From contig JAEDGL010000001.1 in assembly GCA_016297535.1 (NCBI GenBank), positions 1,078 through 65,077 on the forward strand: a DNA stretch of 64,000 bases, written 5' to 3'. The notes under the pieces were generated by a model. It saw only the letters and a list, made by a program, of their open reading frames with translations. It did not search any database and was not told the origin of the DNA. The stretch comes from Clostridia bacterium (GTDB lineage: Bacteria > Bacillota > Clostridia > Christensenellales > Aristaeellaceae). Shown in pieces: positions 8,298 to 17,451 of this stretch; position 1 is the first letter of the stretch; each line of letters opens with the position of its first letter. The position numbers and the translations under genes were made by a program.

Positions 8298-10085
8298 ATG
8301 CGTCGCATTTTCCTTACGCTTCAAAGAACGGGCTGTCTTTTGATGGTTCTTCTATTTGTTCCCGTTTTTTCCAATGCAGGCGCCCAAAGGGTTATCAAAG
8401 GGCAGGAAAGAGAACAGTATGTCCGTGTATGCCTAACCCGGCTTGGCGAACGGGAAAGGCTGGATTTTACTTTTTCGGCTCCCTATGAGCTGATTACGGA
8501 AAACGGTGCGGCCATTTATTTTCACGCCGGGAGCGAAGTAACTTTCCGGATTGAAAACGAGCAGATTTATCTGTACTATCAGCAAATGAGTCAGCTGCTT
8601 GGAACAAGGGCTTCGCTTGTTCAGGCTTCCGGGTCTGCAGATCGCATGAGCGGCTTCTATCTTACCCATTTTCCCGCGCTGTACATGGGGGATCTTCAGC
8701 TGGATGTTGTGCAGAGCAAGCTTCGCGCCATTTTGAGCATTCATGTGGAAGATTACCTGCTTGGCGTGGTTCCCTATGAAATGGGAGATTCGTTTCCTCT
8801 GGAGGCCCTCAAAGCGCAGGCCGTGGCAGCGCGTACCTATGCGCTGTGCCGCCAGAATCCGAAAAAGGATTATGATCTTGTCGATAACACCAACGACCAG
8901 GTCTTCAAAGGATATCTTCCGGGTAACACACGTTCGGAAAAAGCGGTTGAGGAAACACGTGGCATCTGCGGCTTTTATCAGGGCGAGCTTGCCCAGTGCT
9001 TTTATTCGGCCAGCAACGGGGGACAGACGGAACTGGTGCAAACCGTGTGGAGCTCCAGACAGGATTATGCGTATTATGCCTTTGGCGAGGATCCCTACGA
9101 CGTGGCCAACCCGGAGAGCGTTGTACGGCGGTTTCAGCTTTTCAAGCGCTATCCCAAAGATAGAGAGGCTCCGTATGCCCTTCGTCAGATGCTTGCAGAG
9201 CAGCTGTGGAAAAGCTTGAAAATGCAGGGAGATCCGTTAACGGCGGATCATGTGCAAATTGACGGCGTAACGGCCGTAAGCGTGGATACGCCTTCTGCTC
9301 CCGGCAGCAGGCATATGACGAATCTGCACATGGAATTGGCGGTAAGCATTCGGCAGGACCGGCTTGCATTGCAGGCTGAGGATACCAGCCCTGAGGAGGT
9401 TCATCTGGTCAATGAGGTTTTCTTCCAGCCTGCAGACGAGCCGCTTTCCCAGGAGCAACCCGCCTCGTCTTCTCAGAAGCATACCTTTGTTGCGTTCAAT
9501 GAAACGGTTTCTTTGGATGTTCCGATTTTTCCGCAAGCGGAGAGGATTTTCTCCATGGATATCAGCAGTAATTATCAAAACGAAATCTGGAGCGTTGTTG
9601 AAGACGGAGAGGGCTTTTTCATCGAGGCCCGGCGTTTTGGTCATGGCGTCGGCATGTCTCAGCGTGGAGCGCAGTGGATGGCGTCGGAATACGGAATGAC
9701 CTATGAGCAGATTCTGGCTTTCTACTATCCCGGCATGGATCTGATTGTGTTTCCGGAGCAGGAGCGAAGGTTTGCAGAGGCGCAGAAGGCTCTTGCAGCG
9801 TCCCCCGGTCCTGCGCCAACGCCAACGCCCCGTCCTACGCTGATGCCTGCAACGCAAAGCGCGCAGGAAGGGCAGTGGTATGCCACCGTAACCGGAATTG
9901 CCGGTGACAGCTCTCTTAATTTACGCGCCGAGCCCAACCTGAACGGCGACGTGTTGACGCGCCTCTACAAGGGACAGCGTCTGCTGGTTTTGGAACGCTG
10001 CCTTGAGGAAGGGTGGGTTCATGTTCGTACCGACGTGATTGAAGGCTATGTAATGGAAAAATTTCTTACGCGGGAAGGCAACTGA
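8298..10085 (+). CDS. SpoIID/LytB domain-containing protein with C-terminal SH3b-like domain
   Basis: 595 aa with a signal peptide. SpoIID/LytB core (VEDYLLGVVPYEMGDSFPLEALKAQAVAARTYAL...TNDQVFKGY), Pro/Thr linker (PGPAPTPTPRPT), and a C-terminal SH3-like segment (LNLRAEPNLNGDVLTRLYKGQRLLVLE). Confidence 0.85.
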   Translation: MRRIFLTLQRTGCLLMVLLFVPVFSNAGAQRVIKGQEREQYVRVCLTRLGERERLDFTFSAPYELITENGAAIYFHAGSEVTFRIENEQIYLYYQQMSQLLGTRASLVQASGSADRMSGFYLTHFPALYMGDLQLDVVQSKLRAILSIHVEDYLLGVVPYEMGDSFPLEALKAQAVAARTYALCRQNPKKDYDLVDNTNDQVFKGYLPGNTRSEKAVEETRGICGFYQGELAQCFYSASNGGQTELVQTVWSSRQDYAYYAFGEDPYDVANPESVVRRFQLFKRYPKDREAPYALRQMLAEQLWKSLKMQGDPLTADHVQIDGVTAVSVDTPSAPGSRHMTNLHMELAVSIRQDRLALQAEDTSPEEVHLVNEVFFQPADEPLSQEQPASSSQKHTFVAFNETVSLDVPIFPQAERIFSMDISSNYQNEIWSVVEDGEGFFIEARRFGHGVGMSQRGAQWMASEYGMTYEQILAFYYPGMDLIVFPEQERRFAEAQKALAASPGPAPTPTPRPTLMPATQSAQEGQWYATVTGIAGDSSLNLRAEPNLNGDVLTRLYKGQRLLVLERCLEEGWVHVRTDVIEGYVMEKFLTREGN

Positions 10086-10137
10086 ATCAAAGTCTGTTTT
10101 TCTTAAGAAAATCAATCTGCGCGAAAAAAAGAAAAAA

Positions 10138-10169
10138 AGCTTGAAAGCCTTGAGCTTTCGGGCTTTTTT
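10138..10169 (+). terminator. intrinsic terminator after the SpoIID/LytB gene
   Basis: 11-bp stem AGCTTGAAAGC / GCTTTCGGGCT (2 G-U pairs), loop cttga, then TTTTT. Confidence 0.7.
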
Positions 10170-10192
10170 ACATTACGCACAAAGTTTGCCTC

Positions 10193-10221
10193 TTGCGCTT
10201 TTGGACAAACAATGCTTTAAT
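10193..10221 (+). promoter_or_regulatory. sigma-A promoter with extended -10 for ylqF
   Basis: TTGCGC (10193-10198), 17-nt spacer, TGcTTTAAT (10213-10221). Confidence 0.45.
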
Positions 10222-10226
10222 AGAAG

Positions 10227-10252
10227 ATGCCTGCAAGCCAGCAGGCATTTTT
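10227..10252 (+). promoter_or_regulatory. terminator-like hairpin at the extreme 5' end of the ylqF leader
   Basis: ATGCCTGC, loop aagcca, GCAGGCAT, then TTTT. It starts about 6 nt after the -10 box and ends about 20 nt before ATG 10273. Confidence 0.4.
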
Positions 10253-10272
10253 ACCCATGGAAGGGGTTATGA

Positions 10273-11157
10273 ATGTTGGATATTCAATGGTATCCAGGAC
10301 ATATGGCAAAAGCCAAAAGGCTTTTGAGCGAGCAGCTGGCAAAGGTGGATCTGGTTGTGGAATTGTGTGATGCGCGTTTACCGCTTTCCAGCCGAAATCC
10401 TGCTCTGGACGAAATGATCCGTCACAAACGCCGCGTCCTTTTGCTGTGCAAAGCCGATCTGGCCCAGCCTGATAAAACGCAGCAATGGCTGGCTTATTTT
10501 CAAAAACAGGGCATAGATGCCATGGCCTACGATAAAAGCCCGCAAAAAACCAAGCAGGCCCGTCAGCTGATCGAGTATGCTGCGCGCGATCTGCTGGAGC
10601 GCAATCAACGCCGCGGCATCCAGAAAACCCTGCGCGCCATGGTTGTGGGCGTTCCCAATGTTGGCAAGAGCACCTTTATCAACCGCCTGTACGGGGGAAA
10701 CATTACCAAAACAGGGGACCGTCCGGGGGTAACCAAAAGCAACCAATGGGTCAAAGTGTCTCCGTATCTGGAGGTTCTGGATACCCCTGGCATGCTCTGG
10801 CCCAAGCTGAACGATCAGCGAGCCGCCACCCGCCTGGCCTATATTGGTACCATCAAGGACGCCGTTTATGATCAGTACGAGCTTTGCGCCATCCTTTTGC
10901 GCGATCTGCTGAACGTTATGAAGCAGGAAACCATTGCCCGTTATAAAATCAAGAACTCCTCCGCCGAAAAATACGAGCTTTTAGACGAAGTTTGCCGTGG
11001 ACGCGGGTTTCTGATGCGCGGAGGCGAGTATGATTACGATCGCTGCTGCGCAGTGATCCTGGATGAATTCCGCGAGGGCAAGGTGGGCAAGATCACCCTT
11101 GAGGAAGCGCCCAAACCTGTTGCGCAGGAGGAAAAGCAAAATGGCCAGACCCTCTGA
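10273..11157 (+). CDS. ylqF: ribosome biogenesis GTPase YlqF/RbgA
   Basis: 294 aa. MLDIQWYPGHMAKAKR start. Circularly permuted GTPase, with G4 (CKADL) ahead of G1 (GVPNVGKST). Confidence 0.9.
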   Translation: MLDIQWYPGHMAKAKRLLSEQLAKVDLVVELCDARLPLSSRNPALDEMIRHKRRVLLLCKADLAQPDKTQQWLAYFQKQGIDAMAYDKSPQKTKQARQLIEYAARDLLERNQRRGIQKTLRAMVVGVPNVGKSTFINRLYGGNITKTGDRPGVTKSNQWVKVSPYLEVLDTPGMLWPKLNDQRAATRLAYIGTIKDAVYDQYELCAILLRDLLNVMKQETIARYKIKNSSAEKYELLDEVCRGRGFLMRGGEYDYDRCCAVILDEFREGKVGKITLEEAPKPVAQEEKQNGQTL

Positions 11158-11782
11158 AAAACGCCTTGCACATTTTCGCCAAATGGTTGCCTACGATCAG
11201 GCGATAGCCGGGTTCGGCACGTCTCTGGCCGGAATGGACGAGGCGGGCCGGGGCCCTCTGTTTGGCAATGTGGTTGCAGCCTGCGTAATCATGCCTGCCA
11301 GCCCGCTGCACGAGTGGATCGACGACAGCAAAAAGCTGAGCGCCGCAAAGCGTGAAGAAATGTATGACCGCATTATGGAAACGGCGATCTACGCAGGCGT
11401 TGGCTACGCAACAACGCAGGAGATCGACCAAATGAATATCCTGAACGCCACAAAGCTGGCCATGGAGCGCGCGGCGGAAAAGGCGCCTGCTACTCTGTGC
11501 ATTGTGGATGCGGTGCGCGATCTGTACCTGCCTTTTCCGATTCGCTCCATCATCAAGGGCGATTCCACCAGCTACCATGTGGCGGCTGCCAGCATTGTAG
11601 CCAAGGTAACCCGTGACAGGCAGATGGCGGAATATGGAAAGCAGTATCCGCAATATGGGCTGGAACGCAATATGGGCTACGGCACGGCAGAGCATATTGC
11701 CGCGCTGAAACAGTTTGGCCCCACGCCGGAACACCGCCGAACCTTTATCCGTAACTTTATGCAGGGGGATGTAGCCGAATGA
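11141..11782 (+). CDS. rnhB: ribonuclease HII
   Basis: ORF begins at 11063. ATG 11141 lies 9 nt after AGGAGG. Catalytic motif GMDEAGRGPLFGNVVAA. Overlaps the ylqF stop. Confidence 0.9.
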   Translation: MARPSEKRLAHFRQMVAYDQAIAGFGTSLAGMDEAGRGPLFGNVVAACVIMPASPLHEWIDDSKKLSAAKREEMYDRIMETAIYAGVGYATTQEIDQMNILNATKLAMERAAEKAPATLCIVDAVRDLYLPFPIRSIIKGDSTSYHVAAASIVAKVTRDRQMAEYGKQYPQYGLERNMGYGTAEHIAALKQFGPTPEHRRTFIRNFMQGDVAE

Positions 11783-14700
11783 AACGTGCCATTGCCGTTT
11801 TAGGCATTGCGCTGATGCTAGCCTTTGCGCTTTGTTCCTGCGCCGAGGCAGAAAACCTGCTGGCCAACGGCGGGTTTGAAAACATCGCTTCGTCCGGAAC
11901 CCCGGCAGACTGGTATGCAACGGCCTATCGCAGCCAGGCGGGCTACTCCCGGATCACCGTTACCGATGAGAAGGCGTACGCTGGTCGGTACAGCGCCATG
12001 GTGGAAAACGCCAGTTCCAACGATGCACGCTTTACCTGTACCGTTCAAGTTGAACCGGAATCCCTTTATCGTTTGAGCGGCTATGTGCTTGTGGAAAGCA
12101 TGGAGGATACGGGCAATGGCGCAAACTTTGGAATCGAAGGCATTTATTCCTTTTCGGATGGCCTTTTTGATACAAACGGGCAGTGGCAGTACCTTGAGTG
12201 GTATGGAGAAACGGGGGAAAATCAAACCGAGGTTACAATCGGCGTACGCGTGGGCGGCTACAGCGCCGAGAGCATAGGGAAGGCCTATTTTGATCAGCTT
12301 GTGCTGGAAAAAGTGGATGCTTTGCCTCAAAACGTGGTTGCATCCCTGTGGTATAACGCCTATGCTTCTTCCTCTGCAGCTTCTGTAAAGGACGACGCCG
12401 AACCCGAAAAAAGAACGCTCTGGTATGTTGCAACAGGCGCGGTGTTTCTGCTGCTGACCGCTCTGCTGGTTCGGGTAATTGAAAAAAGAACAAATAGCCG
12501 GTACGCTTCCATTGCTTTTGGGGGAATGATGCTGGCAGCACTGATACTGCGCATTTTCCTTGGCATGCGGGTTGAAGGCTATGAGGTGGATATCAACTGC
12601 TTTCAGGCATGGAGCCTGCGCATGGCCAGAGTAGGACCGATTGGCTTTTATGCGCCGGATTATTTCTGCGATTATCCTCCGGGAGCCATGCTTCTGCTGT
12701 GGCCGGTCGGGTGGCTGCTGAATGCCGTGGGGCTGCAAAATTCCGGCCAGGCGCTGCTGATTGTCAAATGCCTGCCCATTCTTTGCGATCTGGCAGGAGC
12801 GCTTTGCCTGTATGCCTATGCAGGCAAACGCATGGGATCCTGCGCTGCCGCCGCAATTTCTGCGCTGTATCTGTTTAACCCTGCCGCACTGGTCAACGGT
12901 GCCGCGTGGGGACAGATGGACAGTGTGCTTGCCCTGCTCATCCTGTTTACCACGCTTGCGGCCATTGACCGAAAATGGCACGCCGCGATCCCGCTGTTTA
13001 TCTTTTCTGCGCTCGTAAAGCCTCAGGCGCTCCTGTTTGCACCCATCGGGGGCATGGCATACTTGTACGATCTTTGCAACTGCAAACATGAGCTGCGCAA
13101 GGCAAAGCTGATTCAAACCGCCTGGGGCTTTGGGGCAGCGGCGGTTATCGCGTTTGCCATTGTTTTTCCATTTGCCATTGGTCAGGAAAAACCATGGACG
13201 TGGCTGTTTGAGCTCTATGGACAAACCTTGGGTTCCTATGCATATGCCACGCTGAACACCGCAAACCTCTATTACCTGGCAGGGGCCAACTGGGCGCCGC
13301 TTTCGCAGCAGGTTCCCACTGCGCTGTTTGTTTTGCCTGCGATTTTGCTTGTTGCTACCGCTTTTTTGCTGCAATTGGGGAAAACTGCCCCAAAAATTTG
13401 TTCTAACCGTATCAAAGCAAAGCTGTTGTCCTGCCTGTGCTGCGTCATGGCAGCTGTGCTGATTCTGCTGCTTTTGTCCGGCGCAAGCTACAGCTGGTAT
13501 GGCTACGCGATGATGGCCTTTGTATACCTGTTTGCCATTTTGTGCTTTGCCTTTGATTTTCAAAACGGCGCATTGCCTTATTTTATGGCGCTTGCGCTGA
13601 TTGGCATCTATGTGCTTGGTATCAAGGTGCATGAACGTTACCTGTTTGCGGCGCTTCCTCTGCTGCTGGTTGGCTATGTTAATGTGCGCGACCGCCGCAT
13701 TCTGGGTGCGTTTGCCGGATTGAGCGTGACGACCTTTCTCAATACGGCGATCGTACTGGAAAACTCCATTCTGTTTGGTGCTGCACAGGGGCATCTGAAC
13801 GTCGATACAATGATATGGAACCGTTTGCTCTGCATTGCCAATCTCCTCCTGTGCGGTTACGCTGGCTGGATTGGACTGAACGGCCTGCGTGAAAGCTGCT
13901 CCGGCACGGAAGGTGGCGAAACACAACCGGTCGAAAACACCGTTGCTTCCAGCTACCATCAGATGCTGCACGCCCCTCGCGATCATCGCCTCCACCTGAC
14001 CGGGCGCGATTATCTGGTAATGGGCGTTACAACCATCCTGTATGCGGTTTTGGCCTTTGTTAACCTGGGCAGCACCGTTGCGCCGCAGACGGCATGGGTA
14101 TCCACCTCGGAGGATGAAAGCATCGTATTCGAGCTGGATGAGCCCTCCAGTTTCAGCCTTCTCTATTACGCAGGCGTAAGCTATAATGATTTTGCGGTTG
14201 CGGTAAGCGATGACGGTATTCACTGGTCCGATCCCTATCCGTGCCAGATGCGGGAGGGACTATGCTATCGCTGGAATTACGCCCTGAAAACCACCACATC
14301 CAACGGTCAAACGGTTTATCCCAGCGGCAATGCTTCCAATGTGCTTTGGCTAAGCGGCCGCTATCTGCGTGTGGACGCGTGCAGCGCCGGCCTCAACCTT
14401 TGGGAGATTGTAGCAAGAAACGAAAACGGCGATCAGATTCCCTTGCGTCTGATCAGCCATTCCAACGCACAACCGCAGCTGCTGGATGAGGACAAGCCCG
14501 CCGAAAACCTGATTGACGAGCAAAACACCTGCGTTGGCGAACCAGGCTGGTTTAATGGAACCTATTTTGACGAAATCTATCATGCGCGCACAGCGTATGA
14601 GCATCTTCATGGTCAGGCACCGTATGAAACCACGCATCCACCCCTGGGCAAACTGATGATGGCTGCCTCCATTGCCGTTTTTGGCATGACGCCCTTTGGC

Positions 14701-15885
14701 TGGCGGTTTGCGGGAGCGTTTATCGGCGTGCTGATGCTGCCTGCAATCTACCTGTTTGCCCTGCAGCTTACGCACAAGCGCAGCGTTGCTTCGGTATCCA
14801 TGCTTGCGCTAACGTTTGATCTGATGCATTTTACGCAAACGCGTATTGCAACGATTGATTCTTTTCCGGTGTTCTTTATTCTGCTGACGTATCTGTTTAT
14901 GGTTCGCTACATGCAGATGGACTCCTTTGCGCTTAGTGATCAGAATCATCCAAAACTGATGGACAGGGCATATCTGAAAACGCTTGTCCCGCTGTTTCTG
15001 TGCGGCGTGAGCATGGGCCTTTCCATTGCAAGCAAATGGATCGGCATCTATTCCGCTGCCGGTCTGGCCGTGCTGTTTTTCCTGACCATGTACAGACAGG
15101 CGCGCGTATGTGACGCCGCGTGGAAAACGCCGGAGGAACAGGCGGATGCGCGGGTTCAGTCGGCCCGGCGCTTCACCGTTCACCGCATTGCAATTACCTG
15201 CGGCTTTTGCGTTGTTTTCTTTGTGCTGATTCCCTGTCTTATCTACGGACTGAGCTACATTCCCTATCTGTCGCCAACGGGCCCTGTAACGCTCAAGCGC
15301 ATCATCCGCGCGCAGGAAGGTATGCTACGCTATCATAGCACGCCGGGACTTGGCATGGATCATCCCTTCCAGTCTCCATGGTGGCAGTGGCCGTTTATTC
15401 TAAAGCCCATGTGGTTTGCACAGGACAACTACGAGCCTGCCGGATATGCGTCGACCATTCTGTGCTTTGGCAATCCGTGGGTGTTTTATATCGGCGCGGT
15501 GGCCATGACCGCAACGCTGCTGTGCTGGATTTTCAGATATGTGCGTCTTTGCAACGGAAAGCTCTGTCTTCGTCAGGGAGACGGCGATCTGACGGCTACC
15601 ATTTTGTCCATTGGTTTTCTTGCACAGTACCTGCCGTGGGTGCTGGTGCCGCGCAGCATGTACATCTATCACTATTTTGCCAGCGTACCGTTTGTGATCA
15701 TGGCGACAGCCGTGCTCATGGAGGGACTGACACAAAGGAAACCGGCGCTGCGCAGGGTTGTGATGGCCATTTACCTTCTTGGCGCCGTCGTGTTCTTCGT
15801 AATGTTTTTTCCATATGCCTCCGGCTATCTGACAAACACAGCGTGGCTGGATGCAATGAAATGGTTTTCCAGGCTCTACTACTGA
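11779..15885 (+). CDS. fused double GT-C membrane glycosyltransferase: CBM-like domain + Gpi18/COG5542-like module + discoidin-like domain + PMT/GT39-like module
   Basis: Uninterrupted 1368-codon ORF, ATGA-coupled to rnhB. N-terminal anchor MKRAIAVLGIALMLAFALCSC. LLANGGFENI... jelly-roll-like domain. First polytopic block with YEVDINCFQAW...DYFCDYPPGAMLLLW. An ecto-domain ...FAVAVSDDGIHWSD...LSGRYLRVDA... Second polytopic block with DEIYHARTAYEHL...THPPLGK. Confidence 0.8.
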   Translation: MKRAIAVLGIALMLAFALCSCAEAENLLANGGFENIASSGTPADWYATAYRSQAGYSRITVTDEKAYAGRYSAMVENASSNDARFTCTVQVEPESLYRLSGYVLVESMEDTGNGANFGIEGIYSFSDGLFDTNGQWQYLEWYGETGENQTEVTIGVRVGGYSAESIGKAYFDQLVLEKVDALPQNVVASLWYNAYASSSAASVKDDAEPEKRTLWYVATGAVFLLLTALLVRVIEKRTNSRYASIAFGGMMLAALILRIFLGMRVEGYEVDINCFQAWSLRMARVGPIGFYAPDYFCDYPPGAMLLLWPVGWLLNAVGLQNSGQALLIVKCLPILCDLAGALCLYAYAGKRMGSCAAAAISALYLFNPAALVNGAAWGQMDSVLALLILFTTLAAIDRKWHAAIPLFIFSALVKPQALLFAPIGGMAYLYDLCNCKHELRKAKLIQTAWGFGAAAVIAFAIVFPFAIGQEKPWTWLFELYGQTLGSYAYATLNTANLYYLAGANWAPLSQQVPTALFVLPAILLVATAFLLQLGKTAPKICSNRIKAKLLSCLCCVMAAVLILLLLSGASYSWYGYAMMAFVYLFAILCFAFDFQNGALPYFMALALIGIYVLGIKVHERYLFAALPLLLVGYVNVRDRRILGAFAGLSVTTFLNTAIVLENSILFGAAQGHLNVDTMIWNRLLCIANLLLCGYAGWIGLNGLRESCSGTEGGETQPVENTVASSYHQMLHAPRDHRLHLTGRDYLVMGVTTILYAVLAFVNLGSTVAPQTAWVSTSEDESIVFELDEPSSFSLLYYAGVSYNDFAVAVSDDGIHWSDPYPCQMREGLCYRWNYALKTTTSNGQTVYPSGNASNVLWLSGRYLRVDACSAGLNLWEIVARNENGDQIPLRLISHSNAQPQLLDEDKPAENLIDEQNTCVGEPGWFNGTYFDEIYHARTAYEHLHGQAPYETTHPPLGKLMMAASIAVFGMTPFGWRFAGAFIGVLMLPAIYLFALQLTHKRSVASVSMLALTFDLMHFTQTRIATIDSFPVFFILLTYLFMVRYMQMDSFALSDQNHPKLMDRAYLKTLVPLFLCGVSMGLSIASKWIGIYSAAGLAVLFFLTMYRQARVCDAAWKTPEEQADARVQSARRFTVHRIAITCGFCVVFFVLIPCLIYGLSYIPYLSPTGPVTLKRIIRAQEGMLRYHSTPGLGMDHPFQSPWWQWPFILKPMWFAQDNYEPAGYASTILCFGNPWVFYIGAVAMTATLLCWIFRYVRLCNGKLCLRQGDGDLTATILSIGFLAQYLPWVLVPRSMYIYHYFASVPFVIMATAVLMEGLTQRKPALRRVVMAIYLLGAVVFFVMFFPYASGYLTNTAWLDAMKWFSRLYY

Positions 15886-15900
15886 TGTCTGCTACAAAGG

Positions 15901-17448
15901 ATGGTGACAGCCGTGCTGGCCAGGACGTATGCCTGTGCTCTCAACGGGGTTTCCGGGGTTCCTGTGGAGGTGGAAACCTTTGTTTCCCCGCAGGGAATGG
16001 TTGCCTTTGATATCGTTGGCCTTCCCAGCGCTGCCGTAAAGGAAAGCCGGGATCGGGTTCGCGCCGCGCTTACGGTTAGCGGATATCCGTTTCCTCTTGG
16101 ACATGTCACGGTCAATCTGGCTCCGGCAGATATCAAAAAGGAGGGCACGGCCTTTGATCTTGCAATTGCCGTATCGCTGATTGCGGCCAAAAGGACGGAT
16201 TTGTTTGGTTCGCTGGCGGATACCATGCTGCTGGGCGAGCTGTCTCTGCAAGGCAAGCTGATGCCTGTTCGCGGCGCGCTCAGCATGGCGATCACGGCTG
16301 CGGAGCACGGCATCAAAAGCATTATTTTGCCCAGGCAAAACGCGATGGAATGCGAGTGCATCGACAGCATTCACATTTACCCGGCAGAAACGCTCCAGCA
16401 GGTATGCAATCATCTTAGCGGAAGCGAGCCGCTTGCCGAGCATCCCCACGCAACCTTTGAGCAGCTTCAGGCGGCCGTTCCCATAGCCAACGACTTGAAA
16501 TACGTAAAGGGACAGGATGTTGCTCGAAAAGCGCTGGAAGTGGCGGCTGCCGGTGGGCATAATATGCTGATGGTCGGCATTCCCGGCAGCGGCAAAACCA
16601 TGCTGGCACGCTGCCTGCCTGGTATTCTGCCTCCGCTTACCTATGAAGAGGCACTGGAAACCACGCTCATTCATTCCGCCTCCGGCGAGCTGGGCGCCAA
16701 TCAGCGGCTGATGACGCAGCGCCCGTTCCGCTCGCCGCACCACAGCGTTTCTCTGCCTGCGATGATCGGCGGCGGAAGCAGAGCAAAACCGGGCGAGGTA
16801 TCGCTTGCGCACAACGGCGTTCTGTTTTTGGATGAGCTGCCGGAATTTCAGCGTCAAACGCTGGAGGCGCTCCGTCAGCCACTGGAGGATGGCTTCGTCA
16901 GCATAACGCGTATCAACGAGCAGCACCGTTACCAAAGCCATTGCATGCTTGTGGCGGGCATGAACCCCTGTCCCTGCGGAAATCTGGGAAGCAAGCAAAA
17001 GCAGTGCACCTGCTCTGCCAATGAAATCAAACGCTACCTCGGGCGCATCAGTGGACCGCTGCTGGACCGTATTGATATTCAGGTGGAAATGGATGCCGTC
17101 TCCATCGAGGATATCGAAAGCCCGCAGGAGAGCGAGGATAGCCGTACTGTGCGCGAGCGCGTGCTTTCCGCCCGCAGGCTTCAGCAGGAGCGCTATGCGG
17201 CACTGGGCATTTTCTGTAATGCTCAGCTCGATCAGGCTGGAATGGAACAGTTTTGCCAAATGACGCCCGACGCGAAAAAGCTGTTGCATCAGGCCGTGGA
17301 ACGCTTTCATATCTCCATGCGCGGGTATGGCCGCATTCGCAAGGTGGCCCGCACCATTGCGGATCTGGCACAGCACAGGCTGATTGAACAAAACGACATT
17401 GCGCAGGCCATCCAGTTTCGCAATGTTGAAGGACGCTACTGGAGGTAA
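15901..17448 (+). CDS. comM: YifB/ComM family Mg-chelatase-like AAA+ ATPase
   Basis: 515 aa. N-terminal Lon-like domain (ESRDRVRAAL...PADIKKEG), Walker A GIPGSGKTMLA, ChlI-like core. Confidence 0.9.
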   Translation: MVTAVLARTYACALNGVSGVPVEVETFVSPQGMVAFDIVGLPSAAVKESRDRVRAALTVSGYPFPLGHVTVNLAPADIKKEGTAFDLAIAVSLIAAKRTDLFGSLADTMLLGELSLQGKLMPVRGALSMAITAAEHGIKSIILPRQNAMECECIDSIHIYPAETLQQVCNHLSGSEPLAEHPHATFEQLQAAVPIANDLKYVKGQDVARKALEVAAAGGHNMLMVGIPGSGKTMLARCLPGILPPLTYEEALETTLIHSASGELGANQRLMTQRPFRSPHHSVSLPAMIGGGSRAKPGEVSLAHNGVLFLDELPEFQRQTLEALRQPLEDGFVSITRINEQHRYQSHCMLVAGMNPCPCGNLGSKQKQCTCSANEIKRYLGRISGPLLDRIDIQVEMDAVSIEDIESPQESEDSRTVRERVLSARRLQQERYAALGIFCNAQLDQAGMEQFCQMTPDAKKLLHQAVERFHISMRGYGRIRKVARTIADLAQHRLIEQNDIAQAIQFRNVEGRYWR

Positions 17449-17451
17449 ACG

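Noticed and set aside
8086-8343. 85-aa ORF in the ybaB / SpoIID-LytB divergent intergenic region.
   Set aside because: It has no RBS, runs into the true start of the SpoIID/LytB gene in another frame, and has AT-rich promoter-like composition.
11818-14223. 801-aa minus-strand ORF inside the giant glycosyltransferase gene.
   Set aside because: Codon-aligned antisense frame of a strongly supported membrane-protein gene. The translation is Arg/Gln/Cys-rich nonsense without domains. It is the same artefact as above.
15892-17391. 499-aa minus-strand ORF opposite comM. The similar cases 19317-20843 (opposite topA) and 26620-28014 (opposite mtaD/GT) were also considered.
   Set aside because: All are codon-aligned antisense to genes with clear family motifs, and none has an RBS or a recognisable domain.
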